From: Macrostomum hystrix | Taxonomy: Eukaryota; Animalia; Platyhelminthes | Direction of reading: 5' to 3' | Assembly (NCBI GenBank): GCA_950097015.1 | Contig: CATNEN010000030.1 | Span: forward strand, 3,596,001-3,660,000 | Length of the DNA stretch: 64,000 bases | In this document: piece by piece, positions 26,001-36,741 of the stretch | Numbering within the stretch: the first letter of the stretch is position 1 | Layout: every line of letters begins with the position of its first letter | Made by a program: the position numbers and the translations under genes | Notes under the pieces: model-generated | What the model was told of the DNA's origin: nothing | What the model saw: the letters and a program-made list of their open reading frames with translations, nothing else | The model's database searches: none

Positions 26001-29000
26001 CTGTTCAGTTCCTCAGTTTGTGATTCCACACCTGTGCTGTTCCTCAGTTTGTGATTCCACACCTGTGCTGTTCCTAGGTTTGTGATTACACACCTGTTCA
26101 GTTCCTCAGTTTGTGATTCCACACCTGTGCTGTTCCTCAGTTTGTGATTCCACACCTGTGCTGTTCCTCAGTTTGTGATTCCTCACCTGTTCAGTTCCTC
26201 AGTTTGTGATTCCTCACCTGTTCAGTTCCTCAGTTTGTGATTCCACACCTGTGCTGTTCCTCAGTTTTTGATTCCACACCTGTTCAGTTCCTCAGTTTGT
26301 GATTCCACACCTGTGCTGTTCCTCAGTTTGTGATTCCACACCTGTTCAGTTCCCCAGTTTGTGATTCCACACCTGTTCAGTTCCTCAGTTTGTGATTCCA
26401 CACCTGTTCAGTTCCTCAGTTTGTGATTCCACACCTGTGCTGTTCCTAGGTTTGTGATTCCACACCTGTTCAGTTCCTCAGTTTGTGATTCCACACCTGT
26501 GCTGTTCCTCAGTTTGTGATTCCACACCTGTTCAGTTCCTCAGTTTGTGATTCCACACCTGTTCAGTTCCCCAGTTTGTGATTCCACACCTGTTCAGTTC
26601 CTCAGTTTGTGATTCCACACCTGTTCAGTTCCTCAGTTTGTGATTCCACACCTGTGCTGTTCCTAGGTTTGTGATTACACACCTGTTCAGTTCCTCAGTT
26701 TGTGATTCCACACCTGTGCTGTTCCTCAGTTTGTGATTCCACACCTGTGCTGTTCCTAGGTTTGTGATTACACACCTGTTCAGTTCCTCAGTTTGTGATT
26801 CCACACCTGTGCTGTTCCTCAGTTTGTGATTCCACACCTGTGCTGTTCCTCAGTTTGTGATTCCTCACCTGTTCAGTTCCCCAGTTTGTGATTCCACACC
26901 TGTTCAGTTCCCCAGTTTGTGATTCCACACCTGTGCTGTTCCTCAGTTTGTGATTACACACCTGTTCAGTTCCTCAGTTTGTGATTCCACACCTGTTCAG
27001 TTCCCCAGTTTGTGATTCCACACCTGTGCTGTTCCTCAGTTTGTGATTCCACACCTGTTCAGTTCCCCAGTTTGTGATTCCACACCTGTTCAGTTCCTCA
27101 GTTTGTGATTCCACACCTGTTCAGTTCCTCAGTTTGTGATTCCACACCTGTTCAGTTCCCCAGTTTGTGATTCCACACCTGTTCAGTTCCTCAGTTTATG
27201 ATTCCACACCTGTTCAGTTCCCCAGTTTGTGATTCCACACCTGTTCAGTTCCCCAGTTTGTGATTCCACACCTGTTCAGTTCCTCAGTTTGTGATTCCAC
27301 ACCTGTTCATTTCCCCAGTTTGTGATTCCACACCTGTTCAGTTCCTCAGTTTGTGATTCCACACCTGTGCTGTTCCTCAGTTTGTGATTCCACACCTGTT
27401 CAGTTCCCCAGTTTGTGATTCCACACCTGTTCAGTTCCTCAGTTTGTGATTCCACACCTGTTCAGTTCCTCAGTTTGTGATTCCACACCTGTGCTGTTCC
27501 TAGGTTTGTGATTACACACCTGTTCAGTTCCTCAGTTTGTGATTCCACACCTGTGCTGTTCCTCAGTTTGTGATTCCACACCTGTGCTGTTCCTCAGTTT
27601 GTGATTCCACACCTGTTCAGTTCCCCAGTTTGTGATTCCACACCTGTTCAGTTCCTCAGTTTGTGATTCCACACCTGTTCAGTTCCTCAGTTTGTGATTC
27701 CACACCTGTGCTGTTCCTAGGTTTGTGATTACACACCTGTTCAGTTCCTCAGTTTGTGATTCCACACCTGTGCTGTTCCTCAGTTTGTGATTCCACACCT
27801 GTGCTGTTCCTCAGTTTGTGATTCCTCACCTGTTCAGTTCCTCAGTTTGTGATTCCACACCTGTGCTGTTCCTCAGTTTTTGATTCCACACCTGTTCAGT
27901 TCCTCAGTTTATGATTCCACACCTGTGCTGTTCCTCAGTTTGTGATTCCACACCTGTTCAGTTCCCCAGTTTGTGATTCCACACCTGTTCAGTTCCTCAG
28001 TTTGTGATTCCACACCTGTTCAGTTCCTCAGTTTGTGATTCCACACCTGTGCTGTTCCTAGGTTTGTGATTACACACCTGTTCAGTTCCTCAGTTTGTGA
28101 TTCCACACCTGTGCTGTTCCTCAGTTTGTGATTCCACACCTGTGCTGTTCCTCAGTTTGTGATTCCACACCTGTTCAGTTCCCCAGTTTGTGATTCCACA
28201 CCTGTTCAGTTCCTCAGTTTGTGATTCCACACCTGTTCAGTTCCTCAGTTTGTGATTCCACACCTGTGCTGTTCCTAGGTTTGTGATAACACACCTGTTC
28301 AGTTCCTCAGTTTGTGATTCCACACCTGTGCTGTTCCTCAGTTTGTGATTCCACACCTGTGCTGTTCCTCAGTTTGTGATTCCTCACCTGTTCAGTTCCT
28401 CAGTTTGTGATTCCACACCTGTGCTGTTCCTCAGTTTTTGATTCCACACCTGTTCAGTTCCTCAGTTTGTGATTCCACACCTGTGCTGTTCCTCAGTTTG
28501 TGATTCCACACCTGTTCAGTTCCCCAGTTTGTGATTCCACACCTGTTCAGTTCCTCAGTTTGTGATTCCACACCTGTTCAGTTCCTCAGTTTGTGATTCC
28601 ACACCTGTGCTGTTCCTAGGTTTGTGATTCCACACCTGTTCAGTTCCTCAGTTTGTGATTCCACACCTGTGCTGTTCCTCAGTTTGTGATTCCACACCTG
28701 TTCAGTTCCTCAGTTTGTGATTCCACACCTGTTCAGTTCCCCAGTTTGTGATTACACACCTGTTCAGTTCCTCAGTTTGTGATTCCACACCTGTGCTGTT
28801 CCTCAGTTTGTGATTCCACACCTGTGCTGTTCCTAGGTTTGTGATTACACACCTGTTCAGTTCCTCAGTTTGTGATTCCACACCTGTGCTGTTCCTCAGT
28901 TTGTGATTCCACACCTGTGCTGTTCCTCAGTTTGTGATTCCTCACCTGTTCAGTTCCTCAGTTTGTGATTCCTCACCTGTTCAGTTCCTCAGTTTGTGAT

Positions 29001-32000
29001 TCCACACCTGTGCTGTTCCTCAGTTTTTGATTCCACACCTGTTCAGTTCCTCAGTTTGTGATTCCACACCTGTGCTGTTCCTCAGTTTGTGATTCCACAC
29101 CTGTTCAGTTCCCCAGTTTGTGATTCCACACCTGTTCAGTTCCTCAGTTTGTGATTCCACACCTGTTCAGTTCCTCAGTTTGTGATTCCACACCTGTGCT
29201 GTTCCTAGGTTTGTGATTCCACACCTGTTCAGTTCCTCAGTTTGTGATTCCACACCTGTGCTGTTCCTCAGTTTGTGATTCCACACCTGTTCAGTTCCTC
29301 AGTTTGTGATTCCACACCTGTTCAGTTCCCCAGTTTGTGATTCCACACCTGTTCAGTTCCTCAGTTTGTGATTCCACACCTGTTCAGTTCCTCAGTTTGT
29401 GATTCCACACCTGTGCTGTTCCTAGGTTTGTGATTACACACCTGTTCAGTTCCTCAGTTTGTGATTCCACACCTGTGCTGTTCCTCAGTTTGTGATTCCA
29501 CACCTGTGCTGTTCCTAGGTTTGTGATTACACACCTGTTCAGTTCCTCAGTTTGTGATTCCACACCTGTGCTGTTCCTCAGTTTGTGATTCCACACCTGT
29601 GCTGTTCCTCAGTTTGTGATTCCTCACCTGTTCAGTTCCTCAGTTTGTGATTCCACACCTGTTCAGTTCCCCAGTTTGTGATTCCACACCTGTTCAGTTC
29701 CCCAGTTTGTGATTCCACACCTGTTCAGTTCCTCAGTTTGTGATTCCACACCTGTTCATTTCCCCAGTTTGTGATTCCACACCTGTTCAGTTCCTCAGTT
29801 TGTGATTCCACACCTGTTCAGTTCCTCAGTTTGTGATTCCACACCTGTTCAGTTCCTCAGTTTGTGATTCCACACCTGTTCAGTTCCCCAGTTTGTGATT
29901 CCACACCTGTGCTGTTCCTCAGTTTGTGATTCCACACCTGTGCTGTTCCTCAGTTTGTGATTCCACACCTGTTCAGTTCCTCAGTTTGTGATTCCACACC
30001 TGTGCTGTTCCTAGGTTTGTGATTACACACCTGTTCAGTTCCTCAGTTTGTGATTCCACACCTGTGCTGTTCCTCAGTTTGTGATTCCACACCTGTTCAG
30101 TTCCTCAGTTTGTGATTCCACACCTGTTCAGTTCCCCAGTTTGTGATTCCACACCTGTTCAGTTCCTCAGTTTGTGATTCCACACCTGTTCAGTTCCTCA
30201 GTTTGTGATTCCACACCTGTGCTGTTCCTAGGTTTGTGATTACACACCTGTTCAGTTCCTCAGTTTGTGATTCCACACCTGTGCTGTTCCTCAGTTTGTG
30301 ATTCCACACCTGTGCTGTTCCTCAGTTTGTGATTCCTCACCTGTTCAGTTCCTCAGTTTGTGATTCCACACCTGTTCAGTTCCTCAGTTTGTGATTCCTC
30401 ACCTGTTCAGTTCCTCAGTTTGTGATTCCACACCTGTTCATTTCCCCAGTTTGTGATTCCACACCTGTTCAGTTCCTCAGTTTGTGATTCCACACCTGTT
30501 CAGTTCCTCAGTTTGTGATTCCACACCTGTTCAGTTCCTCAGTTTGTGATTCCACACCTGTGCTGTTCCTAGGTTTGTGATTACACACCTGTTCAGTTCC
30601 TCAGTTTGTGATTCCACACCTGTGCTGTTCCTCAGTTTGTGATTCCACACCTGTGCTGTTCCTCAGTTTGTGATTCCTCACCTGTTCAGTTCCTCAGTTT
30701 GTGATTCCACACCTGTTCAGTTCCCCAGTTTGTGATTCCACACCTGTTCAGTTCCCCAGTTTGTGATTCCACACCTGTTCAGTTCCTCAGTTTGTGATTC
30801 CACACCTGTTCATTTCCCCAGTTTGTGATTCCACACCTGTTCAGTTCCTCAGTTTGTGATTCCACACCTGTTCAGTTCCTCAGTTTGTGATTCCACACCT
30901 GTTCAGTTCCTCAGTTTGTGATTCCACACCTGTTCAGTTCCCCAGTTTGTGATTCCACACCTGTGCTGTTCCTCAGTTTGTGATTCCACACCTGTGCTGT
31001 TCCTCAGTTTGTGATTCCACACCTGTTCAGTTCCTCAGTTTGTGATTCCACACCTGTGCTGTTCCTAGGTTTGTGATTACACACCTGTTCAGTTCCTCAG
31101 TTTGTGATTCCACACCTGTGCTGTTCCTCAGTTTGTGATTCCACACCTGTTCAGTTCCTCAGTTTGTGATTCCACACCTGTTCAGTTCCCCAGTTTGTGA
31201 TTCCACACCTGTTCAGTTCCTCAGTTTGTGATTCCACACCTGTTCAGTTCCTCAGTTTGTGATTCCACACCTGTGCTGTTCCTAGGTTTGTGATTTCACA
31301 CCTGTTCAGTTCCTCAGTTTGTGATTCCACACCTGTGCTGTTCCTCAGTTTGTGATTCCACACCTGTGCTGTTCCTCAGTTTGTGATTCCTCACCTGTTC
31401 AGTTCCTCAGTTTGTGATTCCACACCTGTTCAGTTCCTCAGTTTGTGATTCCTCACCTGTTCAGTTCCTCAGTTTGTGATTCCACACCTGTTCATTTCCC
31501 CAGTTTGTGATTCCACACCTGTTCAGTTCCTCAGTTTGTGATTCCACACCTGTTCAGTTCCTCAGTTTGTGATTCCACACCTGTTCAGTTCCTCAGTTTG
31601 TGATTCCACACCTGTTCAGTTCCCCAGTTTGTGATTCCACACCTGTGCTGTTCCTCAGTTTGTGATTCCACACCTGTGCTGTTCCTCAGTTTGTGATTCC
31701 ACACCTGTTCAGTTCCTCAGTTTGTGATTCCACACCTGTGCTGTTCCTCAGTTTTTGATTCCACACCTGTTCAGTTCCTCAGTTTATGATTCCACACCTG
31801 TGCTGTTCCTCAGTTTGTGATTCCACACCTGTTCAGTTCCCCAGTTTGTGATTCCACACCTGTTCAGTTCCTCAGTTTGTGATTCCACACCTGTGCTGTT
31901 CCTAGGTTTGTGATTACACACCTGTTCAGTTCCTCAGTTTGTGATTCCACACCTGTGCTGTTCCTCAGTTTGTGATTCCACACCTGTGCTGTTCCTCAGT

Positions 32001-32243
32001 TTGTGATTCCTCACCTGTTCAGTTCCCCAGTTTGTGATTCCACACCTGTGCTGTTCCTCAGTTTGTGATTCCACACCTGTTCAGTTCCTCAGTTTGTGAT
32101 TCCACACCTGTGCTGTTCCTCAGTTTGTGATTCCACACCTGTGCTGTTCCTCAGTTTGTGATTCCTCACCTGTGCTGTTCCTCAGTTTGTGATTCCACAC
32201 CTGTTCAGTTCCTCAGTTTGTGATTCCTCACTTGTACTGTCCC
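17086..32243. repeat. 31-bp satellite (CAGTTTGTGATTCCACACCTGTTCAGTTCCT), about 489 copies, with higher-order structure
   Basis: Directly visible. There is a small set of substitution variants (GTTCA/GTGCT, CCTC/CCCC, CCTAGG, GATTAC, GATAAC, TTTATG, TTTTTG, GATTCCTC, CATTT). Marker offsets that I checked are exact multiples of 31. Confidence 0.99.
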
Positions 32244-32405
32244 AGTTTCTTTTTCATTTTGCTCAGCATTTTTATATAGTGAGTCACGACTTCTCATTTG
32301 CTCAGCTTGAGTTTCATTCTGGCTTTTGCCATCCTTAATTTGAGTTGCTCGCCCCATTCCCTATGTGGCTCAGTTTCTCCTAAACCACTCAATAAACTCA
32401 AGAAT

Positions 32406-33386
32406 TGTATTACCTGGCGCCGCATCTGCAGCTATACGAGTACAAATATTAATTTTGTAAAACAATGAAAATCATTATGTTGTAGACAACACAAGTCGAT
32501 GATTGATTCGTATATTTCACTTGGCAGAATTAGACACCTGTAAACAGCTTACGATAATGGAACAATTGAAGCCCTTTGCTGAATTCTCTTGCTAAGTGCA
32601 GTTGGAGGAGTTGAATCTCATCGTTGCATTGTCCCAGCGCGCCATTTAAAGTGGCCTGCGATGCACTTCACCGGACGAGATACAACTCTCTCCACTGGGC
32701 CTGCAAGACTCTAATTTACCTGGCTCTAAACTTACCTTTAATTATGGTCGTTCGAGTTCGCTCTTATGAGACCATCGAGCTGTGCTAGAGAGGGAAGGAG
32801 AACCAGCCTGCTTACCCGTGCGAAGGGTTTTATGAATTCGATCGAGCTTGGGGGTTGGTGTTGGCTTATCTATTCACCTCGGCCCTGCAACCCCAGGCAG
32901 GGGGGATAAGATAAGAAATCTGAAGTAAAATGGTTCGAATTTATAAGCCTCGCGCCAACGTGAACCTAGGCCATTGTGGCTGATAAGGCTGCATCATGCG
33001 TACATACGGCCCGTCGGTGCGACAGATTAGAGAGAAGAGGCCCTCCCCTTGAGGCGCGTTCCCAGAAACCTGAGGAGCGGCCGTTCTGGTCTCTGTGAGC
33101 CTAGTTCCCCGCTCTTGTTTTTGCAGTTGCCTGTTGGTATTACCAGGCCCCTTCAGAGCAGAATTGATAATAACCCGACATGCTGATAAAGAGTGTCAGG
33201 ACACCTTAGAATCTATGCCTGCTGTAGCGGTGAATGCGACTGCTTGCTTTTGCTGAAGCAAATCGCTTGCTGCTCAAACTCGTAGCTTTGAGCTGTGTTT
33301 GATTAGTCAAACACTTGACTTGCTCTGGTACCGAGTTTTACAATACAATAAACTGTTTCTCATTGCAGAGTCTTGTTACTTAAACA
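32406..33386 (+). mobile_element. Solo LTR (981 bp)
   Basis: It begins TGTATTA and ends TAAACA, and is flanked by the perfect 5-bp direct repeat AGAAT (32401-32405 and 33387-33391). AATAAA lies about 40 nt before the 3' end. There is no internal gag/pol sequence. Confidence 0.75.
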
Positions 33387-33586
33387 AGAATTTTTGTCAA
33401 ATCTAAAGCAATAGTGTATATTATTAGATAGTCAGAGTGTGATCGAGGTTCGCCCATATGCCTGTTGAGCTTGCGCATACGCATATCACTGATATAGTTT
33501 TTTATTAAAGCCATATATTTTAAATAATCATTTTAAATTCACGCATGTTTTACAACGGTTCATGTTGAATCTGATTGCATGTTGAA

Positions 33587-34550
33587 GCTATATCTCATCG
33601 CACACTGCTATATCTCATCGCACACTGCTATATCTCATCGCACACTGCTATATCTCATCGCACACTACTATATCTCATCGCACACTGCTATATCTCATCG
33701 CACACTGCTATATCTCATCGCACACTGCTATATCTCATCGCACACTGCTATATATCTCATCGCACACTGCTATATCTCATCGCACACTGCTATATCTCAT
33801 CGCACACTGCTATATCTCATCGCACACTGCTATATCTCATCGCACACTGCTATATCTCATCGCACACTACTATATATCTCATCGCACACTGCTATATCTC
33901 ATCGCACACTGCTATATCTCATCGCACACTGCTATATCTCATCGCACACTGCTATATCTCATCGCACACTGCTATATCTCATCGCACACTACTATATATC
34001 TCATCGCACACTGCTATATCTCATCGCACACTGCTATGTCTCATCGCACACTGCTATATCTCATCGCACACTGCTATATCTCATCGCACACTGCTATATA
34101 TCTCATCGCACACTGCTATATCTCATCGCACACTGCTATATCTCATCGCACACTACTATATCTCATCGCACACTGCTATATCTCATCGCACGCTGCTATA
34201 TATCTCATCGCACACTGCTATATCTCATCGCACACTGCTATATTTCATCGCACACAGCTATATATCTCATCGCACACTGCTATATATCTCATCGCACACT
34301 GCTATATCTCATCGCACACTGCTATATCTCATCGCACACTGCTATATCTCATCGCACACTGCTATATCTCATCGCACACTGCTATATCTCATCGCACACT
34401 GCTGTATCTCATCGCACACTGCTATATCTCATCGCACACTGCTATATCTCATCGCACACTACTATATCTCATCGCACACTGCTATATCTCATCGCACGCT
34501 GCTATATATCTCATCGCACACTGCTCTATCTCATCGCACACTGCTATATA
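33587..34550. repeat. 20-bp tandem repeat (ATATCTCATCGCACACTGCT) with 22-bp (+TA) variants, about 47 copies
   Basis: Directly visible. It explains the spurious 33575/33579/34036 ORFs. Confidence 0.98.
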
Positions 34551-34883
34551 TATTCGTATATGGAACGTTCTGACTGTTTTGTATTCGCTAGCTACTCTAC
34601 TATTAGTATCGTATTCGTGCTTTTTCATGGAGGAAAGTTATTTTTTTGCTTGCTTTCGCATTTTAGCAACTGGTTCCTCCCTTTCCATTCTATTGGCTGT
34701 TAACTGCCATAGACGAAAATTCCCTACCCCAGAATCATGGACTTTTCATGATGAATTCAAGGACAACTACGAGTAGAAGGAAAAGGACGGGACACTTCGT
34801 TTCTTTGGAAATTTATTGAAAGCAGATTTTCACGGAAAATGCACTAGCGAGATAAGAACTTTTCACGTTTTTCACATTGAAAT

Positions 34884-35965
34884 CAGGGACAACTAAAACC
34901 CTCGGGACGCGAAACGAGCCAATTCATGGCAAGAAATCTGAGGGGCTCGCTTAAAAGTATTGTTCTATGGCTTTTTCGAGTCTTCTCTGCTATCAAGCAA
35001 ATTAAAATTGCTTTAGCTGCGGCCAGCAGTGAAGCTAAGCTGAATATCAAGAGAAGCATTTTTTATTCACTTGATGAAATGCCAAGAAAGTGCAGCGCAT
35101 TTCCGTGCTCGTCAAATTACAACTCTGAAGCCGTTCGAACACGGATATTTGCGTTTCCCAGAGATCCACAGGAGCGGGAGCGATGGAGAAAGGCGCTGCC
35201 AAATATTCTCCAGGTAAGAAACCAGATAATTTGCTGTCATTACTGAGCTCCATAATTCCGCTTCAATTCTGCATGCCAGTCTCGTCCAAACCACTTGAAA
35301 CCCAAAATTTATTATTTTAGAGAGTGACTGACAATATGGGCGTGTGCGTAAAGCATTAGACTTATCCTGTCTACAGCAGTTTTATTCTGCACTCTCCTAC
35401 GTGCGCAACTCGCGTGCAGAAGCTGTTTTATGTTATTAAGGACTTTCCAACTAAGACACAGTTCAGCATGGACAGTGTGTCCCGTCGGCTAGCCAACGTT
35501 TTTTTCAAAGGACTAGTAAGACGCTCGTCAAAACTCCCACCATACCGACGACATCCCGTGATAGATAGCTTCGGAAGTTAGATGCTCAGTAGGTGAAGTT
35601 CCAGCGTTTCCTTTATGTACGAGCTACTGACTGTTTGTGTCGTCTTGTCCTTTGAGTTCCGTATTTGCTTCTTTTTCTTGCCGTTGGAGTTATATCTTTG
35701 CTTTCATCTTTTATCTTCTTGCCGTTGGAGTTTTTTTGTTGATATGGCGGTTACTTTATTGTAAATATATTGTAACTATATCACTGGTTCCTATTCTTTA
35801 AATTAAATACTCGACATTGCCTCGCTTTTCTATTTAATCTAACCGTTAATGCCTGATAGCAGAGAAGACTCGAAAAAGCCATAGAACAATACTTTTAAGC
35901 GAGCCCCTCAGATTTTTTGCCATGAATTGGCTCGTTTCGCGTCCCGAGGGTTTTAGTTGTCCCTG
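34884..35965 (+). mobile_element. Internally deleted THAP-encoding DNA transposon (P/Galileo- or Kolobok-like) with about 116-bp TIRs
   Basis: 34884-34999 (CAGGGACAACTAAAACCCTCGGG...) is the reverse complement of 35850-35965 with about 2 mismatches. It contains a THAP zinc-finger start. No TSD could be identified. Confidence 0.85.
35079..35213 (+). pseudogene. THAP-domain N-terminal exon of a truncated transposase
   Basis: MPRKCSAFPCSSNYNSEAVRTRIFAFPRDPQERERWRKALPNILQ|GTAAGA matches the THAP pattern MP..C.A..C...F.FP.D...R..W. The distal C..HF is absent because of the internal deletion or splice. Confidence 0.8.
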
Positions 35966-36741
35966 GTTCACTTACTGGGGTTGCCAATTTATTTCATTGC
36001 AGTTGCAGTAAAATTTGTCAGTCACAGAACTCAGAACCAGATAACGGAGCACCGAGTGGCTTGCGTTTCAGATGAGAATTGTGAGAACGTCTATTATGCG
36101 GAGCTTATGGGCACTAATTGTTGAAGGCCTTGCAGTTCCAATTGCCTGTCTCTCTGTATCCTCCAGCTGTAGGCACCAATATCCCTTCCATGCATTATTA
36201 AGCACATCCCATTAATCTTGAAAGCATGCAGCTGTACTGCGTGCAGGCAAAGGGCCTGTATCGGAGGCCAGTTCTATTTATACACCCTTAACATCGAGTG
36301 GGTTCTTTGCTATCCCATCGTCACATAAGCCAGTCATTCTGATGCGACTGTGCCCTAGCCCATAAGCCCATATATATATACATATGTGCGTATACAATCA
36401 CAGGATGCATACAATAGCCTACAATAAAGCCTGCATTGAATAGCTGAACCTGAAAGTTGAGGGCAACCCAACTGAGGTGCACAATGGCCAATTCAATTGA
36501 ATACCTTCTCTCGTGAGGCTGTACAACAACTCAAAAGGTAGGGCCATATATACTGCAATAAATACGAGGAGCAAATAGGGAAGAGCTCTTGGGATTATTG
36601 CCTGAGGAGTAAGCATAGCATTCAATTCTACTTCTAGGAGTGCTTCCATAGGCCTGGCCTATCAGGAAATGATTTTATTGTTTGACAGCATATTTAAGAT
36701 TTCTAGGCCGATGATAATCTGAATCAAATACATAGTTCAGC

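Noticed and set aside
20053-29596. Eight 70-aa ORFs (MWNHKLRN...)
   Set aside because: These are translations of the satellite; the 31-bp unit cycles through frames and stops. They were useful only as higher-order-repeat markers.
17086-32243. CRISPR array (31-bp unit, partly palindromic)
   Set aside because: The units are head-to-tail with no unique spacers, there are no cas genes, and the context is eukaryotic with spliceosomal introns.
32412-32422. Primer-binding-site-like TGGCGCCG
   Set aside because: It lies inside the LTR defined by the TSD rather than just downstream of an LTR end.
33575-34776. Long HTAISHRTLLYLIA ORFs
   Set aside because: They come from a 20/22-bp tandem repeat that happens to lack stops and have no coding features outside the repeat.
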